Positions 27,666 through 39,342 of a stretch of DNA of 64,000 nucleotides are shown piece by piece; the stretch's first letter is position 1; each line of letters begins with the position of its first letter. This stretch comes from Octopus sinensis (taxonomy: Eukaryota), in NCBI RefSeq assembly GCF_006345805.1, contig NC_043010.1:4464001-4528000 (forward strand), written 5' to 3'. Position numbers and translations under genes: made by a program. The notes below the pieces were generated by a model. The model ran no database searches and had not been told where the DNA came from. It saw nothing but the letters and a program-made list of their open reading frames with translations.

Positions 27666-28832
27666 GTTTATATAATGTTTGATACCTTATTTGATATGAT
27701 AACCAATGTTTGTATACTATTAAAATTTTAAACAGAATGAATGTGTGATATATCGGTGGCTTGTGAAATAGGAGTATTAATGTTTATGTCTCTTTCAAAT
27801 TCTTGATATTTATTCTTCTCATGGTACCATAATTTAATTCAATTTCTTTCTTTTTTTTATTTTATTTTATTTCATTGAAGCAGCTCTTGCTGTTTCAGTT
27901 TATTTCTCGTCTTGAATTCCCATGGCTATCTTTAAATTGTAAATAAATATCAATATGGAATTTAGATTCAACAATTTAACTGGAAAATGCTGTAAAGCTT
28001 TAACAACCTAAAGCAGCTTCAGGTTTTTTTTTTTGTTATTTTTTTATAAAGATATACGTGAATTTAATCACTTCTATCATCATCATTTAGTGTCTGCTTT
28101 TCTATGCTAGCACAGGGCAAAGGGAATTTGTTGAGACATAATGTTCTACAACTGGATGCCCTCCCTGTCACCAATCCTCACCTGTTTTCCCTTAGAAAGA
28201 CATACATTCAACAAAAGACTGGAGACAAAACATCACTTGTTTGATAGTGATGCTTGTCTACGGCCATCATGTGATATTCAAGACAAGACTACACACAGAC
28301 AGAAATATGCACACACAAATACATACATATACATTTATATAACCCTACGGGGTGGTTGGTGTTAGGAAGGGCATCCAGCCATTAAAACTATGCCAAAACA
28401 GACCAAGTAGCCTGGTGTAGTTTTCTGCCTGGTTAGTTCCTGTCAAACCATCCAATCTATACCAGCATCGAAGACAGACATTAAATGATGATGATGATGA
28501 TGATGATGATAACAGACTTCTTTCAGTTTCTATTTGCCAAATTCACAAACAAAGCTATTGTAGAAGGTTCTTGCCCCAGATACCACACAGTGGGACTGAA
28601 CTCAAAACAACATGGTTGAGAAGTAAGTTTCTTAACTACACAATCACACTAACATTTATAACTACGCCCACACCTATCAGCCATGCCTTTGCTATTATAT
28701 TTATTCTGCATCAATTTTTATTTATATTTCATTTTTTTAAAATTATTTTTTGAAACAAGTGTTAATTTATAACCTTCTTTATGTTTTAGTTTTAAAATTC
28801 ATTTACATTCAACAAAAGACTGGAGACAAAGC

Positions 28833-29180
28833 AGGCGCAGGAGTGGCTGTGTGGTAAGTAGCTTGTTTACCAACCACATGGTTCCGGGTTCAGTCTCACT
28901 GTGTGGCACCTTGGGAAAGTGTCTTCTACTGTAGCCTCGAGCTGACCAAAGCCTTGTGAGTGGATTTGGTGGACGGAAACTGAAAGAAGCCCGTCGTATA
29001 TATGTATATATATGCGTTTGTGTGTCTGTGTTTGTCCCTCTAGCATTGCTTGACAACCGATAGAATATGTACTGGGCTTACAAAAGAGTAAGTCTCGGGG
29101 TCGAGTTGCTCAATTAAAGGCGGTGCTCCAGCATGGCCGCAGTCAAATGACTGAAACAAGTAAAAGAGAAAAGAGAAAGA
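28833..29180 (+). mobile_element. SINE family A with 51-bp internal deletion
   Basis: gacaaccgat is joined directly to agaata. The segment between the two accgat repeats seen in the 52592 copy is missing. Confidence 0.85.
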
Positions 29181-29198
29181 TTTAATACTAAAGTAATT

Positions 29199-29522
29199 GG
29201 AGATGCAATGGCCCAGTGGTTAGGGCAGTGGACTCGCGGTCGAAGGATCACAGTTTCGATTCCCTGATCGGGTGTTATGTGTGTTTGTTGAGCAAAAACA
29301 CCTAAAGCTGCACGGGGCTCCGGCAGGGGGTGGTGGCGACCTCTGTTGTACTCTTTTGCCCCAGTTTTCTCTCATTCTTTCTTCCTGTTTCTCAGGTAAT
29401 GCTGCGATGGTCTGGCATCCTGTCCAGCTGTGGGTGGGGGGGGACACATATGCCACAGAAACCAGGAAACCAGGCCCATGAGCCTGGCTGGGCTTGAAAA
29501 GGGAGCATAAATAAAATAACAA
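29199..29522 (+). mobile_element. SINE family B head with tail type iii
   Basis: ggagatgcaatggcccagtggttagggcag head. Diverges from the other B copies after tctttcttcctgtttc. Confidence 0.75.
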
Positions 29523-29993
29523 CTAAAGTAATTATAAAAACATAAATGGGGCTTCTGTTTACAAGGAAAGACACATCTTTTCTTCTTATTCTTGATTCTG
29601 CTACATTTGAAGTATCTTTTTATCTTTTACTTGTTTCAGTCATTTGACTGTGGCCATGCAGGGGCATTGCCTTGAAGAATTTATAGTTCGAAGTATCAAT
29701 TCCCAGTACTTTTTTTAAGCCTGGTACTTATTCTATCGGTCTCTTTTGCTGAACCACTGTGTCATGAGGATGTAAACACACTAACATTGATTGCAAAGTA
29801 GTGGTGAGGTACAAACACAGTCACAAGCACACACAGACACACACACACATACACACATACACACACACACACACACACATGCACACATACACACACACAC
29901 ATACACATGCACACACATACACACACATGCACACATACACACACACATACACATGCACACACATGCATACACAAACTGTGTAGAAGAGTATTG

Positions 29994-30025
<32 letters not shown>

Positions 30026-30029
<4 letters not shown>

Positions 30030-30232
30030 ATCCAAACAAGAAAGCACAAAAAAAAACACAACAACGCGAGGACATGGAACAAATAAAGTATTATTGGACG
30101 CTCAGGAAAAAAGGAAAGAAGGAGGGTTTAACGTTTCGAGCGAAGCTCTTCATCGGAAACATAGGAGAAGGAAAGATCCAGAGAAGGGAAGACAGAGGAA
30201 AAAAAATCGCCAACGGTACACACGAGGTCACA
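30026..30232 (-). mobile_element. Short Penelope-like element with hammerhead variant (30126-30160)
   Basis: Sits in (AT)n and is homologous to 55130-55345. Minus strand GUUU-CCGAUGA-A-GAGC(UUC)GCUC-GAAAC-GUU-AAAC. Confidence 0.7.
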
Positions 30233-30347
30233 ATATATATATATTGATAGAATGGTAAGACAACAGAAAAATGAAAGCGACCTCGATATTATGTAAATAG
30301 AGGTATTTATCTGTAAATATAATATGTGACAATTATTCGGTAACCAT

Positions 30348-30408
30348 GATAAAACTCTGAGTTTCAGATGTTGGGGCGGAAACCCACGCCACCATCTTTT
30401 CAATTATC
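30348..30408 (-). ncRNA. Possible hammerhead variant with U3:A8 core
   Basis: GAUAA-UUGAAAA-GAUG..GGCG(8)CGCC..CAUC-U-GAAAC-UCAGA-GUU-UUAUC. Stem I 5 bp, with an extra U before GAAA. Confidence 0.35.
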
Positions 30409-30725
30409 TGACCATCGAAAAAATGCTATGAAAATGACCGTTAAACAAAGGGATGTTACTTTGTGATTGACTGTTATTAAGACAAAAAGAGTTATTAGAA
30501 TGACTGCTAAATGAAGAGAGGGAGTAATGGTAAGAGAGTAAAAAAGTTCATAGTATTCACGTAAGCACGCATGCCCATACATACACATGCATGCCCACAC
30601 ACCCATGTAATGCACCTATAAGTATATACTCATCCACCCTCACTTGAAACACACACATGTCCACCCACACATTCGCCAAAAATGGTTCATACACACGTCT
30701 ATATATATGCACATACTTGCACACG

Positions 30726-30758
<33 letters not shown>

Positions 30759-30759
30759 G

Positions 30760-30819
<60 letters not shown>

Positions 30820-30820
30820 A

Positions 30821-30893
<73 letters not shown>

Positions 30894-30896
30894 TAT

Positions 30897-31200
30897 ATCG
30901 TTCGTTCGTTTAACGTCCGCTTTCCATGCTAGCATGGGTTGGATGGTTCAACTGGGGTCTGGGAAGCCAGAAGGCTGCACCAGGCTCCAGTCTGATCTGG
31001 CAGTGTTTCTATGGCTGGATGCCCTTCCTAACGCCAACCACTCCGTGAGTGTAGTGGGTACTTCTTACGTGCCACCTGCACAGGTGCCAGACGAGGCTGG
31101 CAAATGGCCACGATCGGATGGTGCTTTTTACGTGACATCGGCACAGGGGCCAGACGAGGCTGGCAACAGCCATGATTGGATGGTGCTGGCAACGGCCACA
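30897..31200 (-). mobile_element. Family D RTE-tail element (two modules)
   Basis: Reverse complement homologous to 22751-23067. Confidence 0.8.
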
Positions 31201-31281
31201 TTTGGATGATATATATGGAGAGAGAGAGAGAGAGAGAGAGTGAGTAGAAATGAGAAATGGTGGAGAGCATAGAAGATTGCA

Positions 31282-31314
<33 letters not shown>

Positions 31315-32265
31315 CATATATATTTATACATATATATATGTGTGTGTCTTTGCTTGTGTTTGTCCTCACACACAGACACACATTGCCTGACAGCTGGTGT
31401 TGGTTTGTTTGTACCCTCCTCCTAACTTAGCAGTTTGGAAAAAGAAACTGATAAAAGAAGTATCTAAATAAAAAAAAAAAAGAAAAAGGCAATGGGTTGA
31501 TATTTATTCAACTAACACATGAAAATGGTGCTCCAGCATGGTCACAGTCCAATGACTGAAGCAAAGAAAGATAAAACATAATTCAAGGCATCAGCTTAGA
31601 AACTGTTCATTCAAACAATAATTTCTGAAGAAGAGATAATTTGTCTCAATTCTGTAACTGTTTTCCGGCTATTGTTCCAGCACTTGTTGATAACAATCAA
31701 TGTCATGTTATAGCTATAAGAGAAACATCTGTATATCACATGAATGATCTATGCTAAAGATTGCAAATGATATTTATAAAGTGATTAAAGTAAAGACTTA
31801 ATTTGCCAATCTGCACTATAGCCGGATATTTTTACACTATTTTTTGAAATAAAATGTGGCTTATCTCTTCTTGGATAAGTTGATAAATTAATTATAAAGT
31901 GGTACCAACTTTATATTTAAGATGAAAGTGAAGGTGGGTTTCATTATTTTCAATGTGTATAACATTAGGAATAACCAAAGTTGTATTTAATGCATTGTTT
32001 ATTGAAAATGTTAATGTTACTTAACATTACATTTTGGCTGAACAAACAAGGGAGTTAACTTGAAACATTTTATTCTTGTTAGGCCTCATCAGGAACAGTG
32101 TGACATTGATCAATTTTAACTGATACTATAGGAAACAGCTTGCAATTAGAAAGTTTATAACAATGATCGAGTGTGTATTATATTTATTCATAATTTATGC
32201 ATAATGAGGTTTTTTCTCAAATTTTTAAACTTTTAACCCTGAAAATTTTTTGTGCCTTTATACAG

Positions 32266-32295
32266 CAGAACTCAATGTTACCCATTCTTCCAACT
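32266..32295 (+). other. Candidate frame-preserving microexon (30 nt, or 27 nt from the second AG)
   Basis: ttttttgtgcctttatacag|CAGAACTCAATGTTACCCATTCTTCCAACT|gtaagt. No gene context could be established. Confidence 0.3.
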
Positions 32296-32342
32296 GTAAG
32301 TGTGCAACCATATTTAGGATAGCTTAATGTCCAAGCCAGCAG

Positions 32343-32551
32343 ACCCTTTCTTTATCAACCTGGCTCTGAGTTCAAATGTCTTATTTTCATAAGTTTTGAA
32401 TTAAAATCTTCCACCAAACCTTAGTCACAATTTATGTTCCTAACACTAGCTAAATGATAACTAAGTTATTTTACTAAATTCTTTGTTATATTTAAAGTAA
32501 TCGAAAGAAATACAGAGCATCTCAAAATAAATACAGTAACGAAAGGGTTAA
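32343..32551. mobile_element. MITE, same family as 20170-20399
   Basis: Shared core aagttttgaatt..aatcttccaccaaaccttagtcacaa..., ends gggttaa. Confidence 0.7.
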
Positions 32552-32933
32552 ATCATTATAACAATTGTTTCTAACATGGATCTAAGGCCTGGAATTTGAG
32601 GGTTATGGTCAGTCAGTATACCAGCACCAGTGCTTTGTTCTGTCTTTATTTTATTGACCTTCCTCTGAAACAAGGAAAGACAAATCTGCCCTATAATAAT
32701 TTATTTCTTCTAATGTTTGGTACAAAGCCAGCAATTTAATAACGAAAGGGAGCAACAGATTGAAGAATTATTCTTAGCCTTTGTTTAAATGCATACTTCA
32801 AATTATACTGCCTATACTGCTTTAAGAACATAAACCTTCAAAAGTTTTGTTTGTGTGTTCAGTGAATTGCTCTTATAGGTAATAACATGAACGTGTTCCA
32901 GTTTTTCTCAATCAATCCAGATTACATTTAATA

Positions 32934-33112
32934 TGGCACGTAAAAACGGAGTGGTTGGCGTTAGGAAGGGCATCCAGCCGTAGAAACATTGCCAGATCAG
33001 ACTGGGCCTGGTGCATCCTTCTGGCTTCCCAGACCCCAGTTGAACCGTCCAACCCATGCTAGCATGGAAAGCGGATGCTAAACGAAGATGATGATGATGA
33101 TGATGATGATGT
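32934..33112 (+). mobile_element. Family D RTE-tail element, truncated
   Basis: tggcacgtaaaaacggagtggttggcgttaggaagggcatcc ... (gat)n. Confidence 0.8.
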
Positions 33113-33345
33113 ATGTGATGTGTATTGTTAAATACATTAAAATTGTTTAATATACAAATACAATTTATATAAAAATATCTCCTATTGTTTTATCAACTAA
33201 TTTTTAACATTATATTGAATTATATATATTGCATAATTAAGTAGTTTTTAAAAAAAAATTAATTAACAATAGCCAGATCCTAAATGTATGATATTCAACA
33301 AAATAAAAATTCAAGGACTGCTTTAAATAACATGTATAACATGTT

Positions 33346-33750
33346 AGGTGCAGGATTGGCTGTGTGGTAAGTAGCTTGCTAACCAACCACATGGTTCCGG
33401 GTTCAGTCCCACTGCGTGGCATCTTCGGCAAGTGTCTTCTGCTATAGCCCTGGGCCGACCAATGCCTTGTGAGTGGATTTGGTAGACGGAAACTGAAAGA
33501 AGCCTGTCGTATATATGTATACATATATATGCATGTGTGTGTGTTTGTGTGTCTGTGTTTGTCCCCCTAGCATTGCTTGACAACCGATGCTGGTGTGTTT
33601 ACGTCCCTGTCACTTAGCAGTTCAGCAAAAAGAGACCGATAGAATAAGTATTGGGCTTACAAAGAATAAGTCCTGGGGTCGATTTGCTCGACTATAGGCG
33701 GTGCTCCAGCATGGCCACAGTCAAATGACTGAAACAAGTAAAAAAAAAGA
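33346..33750 (+). mobile_element. SINE family A
   Basis: Full-length homolog. Confidence 0.9.
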
Positions 33751-34672
33751 AAAGAAAAAACAAAAAACTTATTGTGTCTAATTTGATGTGTTTTAAATTA
33801 TCCTTATTTAGACATTTACATCTCTTGTCATGTACTAAAGCTAAATACATATGATGTTATTATCAAACGAAAATATAATTGTGCGTTGACTTAAAACAAC
33901 AGGTGCACTGTTTTACTGCTAACCTTAGTAAAGTTTCAAAGTAACATCTTACAAAAAGTAAACAAAATGTTGTTATTCCTTTGGAGGTGTTTGGAAGGGA
34001 AAGGTATAAACGCAGTAATCCTAAGACAGTTTGAAAAAAACAGAAAAGAAAATTTAGGAAATAAAAAAATTTTAATCATAAAAAAAATTTTTAATGTAAG
34101 AAGTAAAATACCTACAGGTCAGTGCATAATTTACTAATTTTGAAGCATTTGATTGTTTTCGTAATTCAGGTAAACCAAATTATTATTGCCATAATATTTC
34201 TCCTGCATTCTTTATTATTATTATTTCTTTGTTAATCACATTGATTTCCTCAAATATAGCATTAAACAAAACTCAGTGCTTATTATATATGAGATATATT
34301 TTTTTTCCATAATTTCTTAGCCTTTAAATAGCAGTGTGCATTACATAAATGTATATTTCATATGAATAAATACAATTATCAATAATTTAATCATAAAGGA
34401 TATTTAAAAGGCATTTTTTAAGAAATAGAAAGATATTTCTTGGGTATAATGGGAATCCCTTACCGGGCAGTTAGTGCAAGGGAGAGAATCATTTCTTCAC
34501 AATTTAGCAGGATTAAAAGTCTGAATTCGAAATAAAGGAATAATGGATAAACCGCCAAGAATATACACATTTCATATTTTTTTTATTGCTTATTTGTTAT
34601 ATAGGTCTTAAATTTCTAGCCTTAGGTAATCATATTCATATATATATATATGTATATATATTTATATACAGA

Positions 34673-34730
<58 letters not shown>

Positions 34731-34731
<1 letters not shown>

Positions 34732-35169
34732 TCTTTTACTTGTTTCAGTCATTTGACTGTGGCCATGCTGGAGCACCACCTTTTAGTTGAACAAATTGAC
34801 CCCAGGACTTATTCTTTGGATGCCTAGTACTTATTCTATCGGTCTCTTTTGCCGAACCCCTAAGTTACGGGGATGTAAACACACCAGCATTGGTTGTCAA
34901 GCGATGTTGGAGGGACAAACACAGACACACAAACATATACACACACATACAAATATATATATATACAAATATATATATATACATATATAAATATATACAT
35001 ATATACGATGGACTTCTTTCAGTTTCCATCTACCAAATCCACTCACAAGACTTTGGTCGGCCCAAGGCTATAGTAGAAGACACTTGCCCAAGGTGCCACA
35101 CAGTGGGACTGAACCCGGAACCATGTGGTTCGTAAAGAAGCTACTTACCACACAGCCACTCCTACGCCT
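34731..35169 (-). mobile_element. SINE family A
   Basis: Full-length homolog on the minus strand. Confidence 0.85.
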
Positions 35170-35186
35170 ATATATATATATATATA

Positions 35187-35409
35187 TTTCTTTACTGCCC
35201 ACAAAGGGCTAAACATAGAGGGGACAAACAAGGACAGACAAAGGGATTAAGTCGATTACATTGAACCCAGTACGTAACTGGTACTTTATTTATCAACCCC
35301 GAAAGGATGAAAGGCAAAGTCAACCTCGGAGGAATTTGAACTCAGAACGTAACGGCGGACGAAATATGGCTACGCATTTCACCCGGCGTGCTAACGTTTC
35401 TGCCAGCTC
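35187..35409 (-). mobile_element. SINE family C
   Basis: Homolog of 11478-11708. Confidence 0.85.
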
Positions 35410-35411
35410 AC

Positions 35412-35446
<35 letters not shown>

Positions 35447-36478
35447 TGTATGTATGTATGTATATATATATATATAGAGAGAGAGTATGAGAGAGAGAGA
35501 GAGATACATACATATATATGTGTGTTTCTTTGTGTTAGTCTCCTGCTGCTTGACAACTGGTGTTAGCTAGTTTTAGCTCCCATAACATAATGGTTTAGCG
35601 TAAAAGACCAGTCGAATAAGGTACCAGATGTAGAAAATTTGTATTGGGGTCAGTTTGTTTTGTCAAAAACCCTTCAAAGTACTTTTCCAGCACGGTCACA
35701 CTTCAATTATTGAAACATTTAAAAAGATGAAAAAAAAAAAAAACAAAGAGAAAAGATATAATCAAGTGAGAAAGCAGAGTCCATGACACTTAAGAGGGGT
35801 TCTGAGATGAGTTGGAGGGAGAGAAAACAGTATCTTCAAACTAGAAATTTGGTCTGAATTCTGGCAACAGAGAGGATGTTGTTGTAGGGACCCAAAATGC
35901 CAAGTGGTGGTGTTAAGCCAGGTAACAGATTAAATCTACTGTCTAAGTAAGCTTTGATGAGATTTGAACTCAGACTGCAAAAAACTGGAACAAAGACCAC
36001 ATTGTATTTGGTCAGATTTCTTAAAGTTCTAAATCTGTTTGTCCTGCATTAGAGCTTTTTCTTATCATCAGCCTTGTAGGATGAAAGGCGAAGTTAGCAT
36101 TTGCAAGGTTTGAGATCAGAATGTAGAGATTTGGAACAAATAATGTGAGTTATGCTTCCCCATATTTTAATGGCTACCATATCTTGCTTTCATCACAGTA
36201 AGTTGAGAAATGGTTGGTTGGTTGGTTGGTTAGTCCACATTACACCATAAGGAGCACAGAGCTGGTTTCTTCTTCCTTTGGCATATTTCTTCCCCCCTAG
36301 ATGGGACACCAACCTGTCACAAGACTACTAATTTTTACCAGCTGAGTGGACTGGGGCAGCTTAAAATGAAGTGTTTTGCTCATGAACACAGTGCCATCAT
36401 CTGGTCCAGGAATTGAAACCACAATCTTACAATAATGAGTCCAACATCCTAACCACTAACCACTAAACCATGTTGAAT

Positions 36479-36709
36479 AAGGCGGCGAGCTGGCAGAAAC
36501 GTTAGCACGCTGGGCGAAATGCATAGCCGTATTTCGTCTGCCGTTACGTTCTGAGTTCAAATTCCGCCGAGGTCAGCATTGCCTTTCATCCTTTCGGGGT
36601 CGATAAATCAAGTACCAGTTACGCACTGGGGTCGATGTAATCGTCTTAATCCGTTTATCTGTCCTAGTTTGTCCTCTCTGTGTGTAGCCCCTTGTGGGTA
36701 ATAAAGAAA
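36479..36709 (+). mobile_element. SINE family C, full length
   Basis: aaggcggcgagctggcagaaacgttagc...gagttcaaattcc (B box)...gcctttcatcctttcggggtcgataaa...aataaagaaa. Confidence 0.9.
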
Positions 36710-37309
36710 CACATGTTGAAAAATAACACACTTAAAATTTCTTAGTCTTCTGTACTTTGCACTTGAGACACCTGAGTTTGATCCTAATAATAGGGGCCAC
36801 TGGAAGGATAGCAAGATGAAATATGCATGGCTACCAAGCTGAAACAGGACATACATATTAACTGCTCTGTTTTTGCTTTTGTGCCAGAAGCAAAACAAGG
36901 CCTTACAAAACAAATCAAGAAGAATGAGATCCATTTGAAATTGAAGTGGACATAATTGACAATATTCCAACTTAACAGTCCTCTTGGATAGTTTGCTATT
37001 AACTGATTGCATACTAATGTGATGGGATGACCAATTAGCCAGTTCGCAGTGTAAATTGGTGTTCTTCGTATATACATTACTTCCCTGCTACTCCCCCCCC
37101 CCCATAACTAAACAACAGTAATAAATAGATGTATATTATCTTGATTTATTGTTTACAACTCCAACTTATTGCAACTGTGATGAAGTGCAGGAGAATGTTT
37201 GTTTATACATGCTTTACCTGTACAGAAATACAAACACAAACGATATGGTTTACATTCACTTTAACATTGGTTCTACATCTGACGAGACATATAATTGAAT
37301 GAACACACA

Positions 37310-37450
37310 CATTCGTTCTTCTTTCTTTTTTCTCTCTTCTTCCTGCCTTTCTTTCTTCCTGCCTTTGTTTGTTTGTTTGTTTGTTCTTTCTTTCCTTTCA
37401 TTCTTTCTTACTTTCTTTCTTTCTTCCTTCCTTCCTTTCATTCTTTCTTA

Positions 37451-37483
<33 letters not shown>

Positions 37484-37960
37484 TTTCATTCATTCTTTCT
37501 TTCTTCCTTCCTTTCTTTCTTTCTTCCTCTCTTTTTCCCATTCTTTCTTTCTTTATCTCTTTCTTCCTTCCTTTGTTTGTTTGTTTGTTTGTTCTTTCCT
37601 TCCTTTCATTTTTTCTTACTTTCTTTCTTCCTTTCTTTCTTTCTTCCTCTCTTTTCCCCATTCTTTCTTTCTTTATCTCTTCCTTCCTTCTTTCCTTCCT
37701 TTCTTTCTCTTTTGTTTTCTATCTCTCTTCACTTTTTTCTTTCTCTTTCTCTCTCCCTCCCTCCCTCCCTCTCCTTTCTGTCTTTTCTCTACTTTTCCTT
37801 CTTTCTTCTTTCTTTCCTTCCCACATTTTCTCTCTCCTTTTCACACTTTCTTTCTCTTCTCCTTCTTTCATTTCTCTCTTCTCTTCACATTTTCTCTTCT
37901 TTCTCCTCCTCCTTCTCTCATTCCCACTCTTGCATCTTTTTCATACTCTTTCCCTCCTTA
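37310..37960. repeat. Pyrimidine-rich (CTTT/CT) compound repeat
   Basis: The plus strand is almost exclusively C/T. Confidence 0.9.
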
Positions 37961-38059
37961 TACGTGCACGCTTATTTTTCCTATGTCCGTTCATGTAAGC
38001 AGCCATGTAGCCGACTGTGTAGTTTTTGTGTGTATGTGTGTAAGTGTAAATATAGTACA

Positions 38060-38225
38060 TGTGAGTAAAAGAGAAATAGAGAGAAAGAGAGAGAGAGAGA
38101 GAGGAGAGAGAGAGAATGAGGAAGAGAGAGAGAGAGAAATCAAAATAGAGAAAGAGAAGAATGTGACAGACAAAAAGATATATAGAAACAGATACAATGT
38201 GCATGTATTTGTAAGAGAGAGAGAA

Positions 38226-38256
<31 letters not shown>

Positions 38257-38923
38257 GGTAAAGGGAAAGATAGGCACAGAGAGAGATAAAGAGAGGTAAA
38301 GAGAAAGAGAGGCAGAGAGAGAGAGGCAGAGAGAGAAAGAGAGGCAGAGCGAGGTAAAGAGAAAGAGTGGCAGAGATAGAGAGAGAGAAAGAGACAGACA
38401 GACAGAGGTAAAGGAAAAGAGAGGCACAGAGAGAGATAGAGAGAGGTAAAGAGAAAGAGAGGCAGAGAGAGAGAGAGAAAGAGAGGCAGAGAGAGAAAGA
38501 GAGGCAGAGCGAGGTAAAGAGAAAGAGAGGCAGAGAGAGAGACAGACAGACAGAGGTAAAGGAAAAGAGAGGCACAGAGAGAGATAAAGAGAGGTAAAGA
38601 GAAAGAGAGGCAGAGAGAGAGAGGCAGAGAGAGAGAGAGAGAGAGAAAGAGAAAGAGTGGCAGAGATAGAGAGAGAGAGAGAGAGAAAGAGACAGACAGA
38701 CAGAGGTAAAGGAAAAGAGAGGCACAGAGAGAGATAGAGAGAGGTAAAGAGAAAGAGAGGCAGAGAGAAAGAGGCAGAGAGAGAAAGAGAGGCAGAGCGA
38801 GGTAAAGAGAAAGAGTGGCAGAGATAGAGAGAGAGAGAGGAAGAGAGAGAGAGAGACAGAGGTAAAGAGAAAGAGAGGCAGAGAGAGAGAGTTAGAGAGA
38901 GAAAGAGAAAGAGTGGCAGAGAT

Positions 38924-38960
<37 letters not shown>

Positions 38961-39090
38961 GGTAAAGGGAAAGAGAGGCAGAGAGAGAGATAGAGAGAGG
39001 TAAAGAGAAAGAGAGGCAGAGAGAGAGACAGAGAGAGAAAGAGAAAGAGTGGCAGAGATAGATAGATAGATAAGAGAGAGGGAGAGAGAG
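38060..39090. repeat. Purine-rich (GA) satellite with ~150-bp higher-order unit
   Basis: Marker gacagacagacagaggtaaag at about 38239, 38393, 38541, 38691 and 38943. Confidence 0.9.
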
Positions 39091-39305
39091 AAAAGACAGT
39101 GGTAAATGTATATAGGGAGAAACAATGTGTATGTGAGGTAGAATGTGCGTGTGTAAATGAGAAAGACAGAGGTAGACTGAAAGTGGGATATAGCTTATGT
39201 GTGTGTGTGCGTGTGTGTTTGTGTCTGTGCTTGTGTGTTTGTGTGTTTGCATGCATTTATGGGTGATGTACATGTATGCATACGTGAGAGAGAGAGCATC
39301 TGCAG

Positions 39306-39342
<37 letters not shown>

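Noticed and set aside
37295-39273. Longest ORFs in the track (257-421 aa, rich in S/L/F/C)
   Set aside because: Translations of CT/GA repeats that lack stop codons. No domain content.
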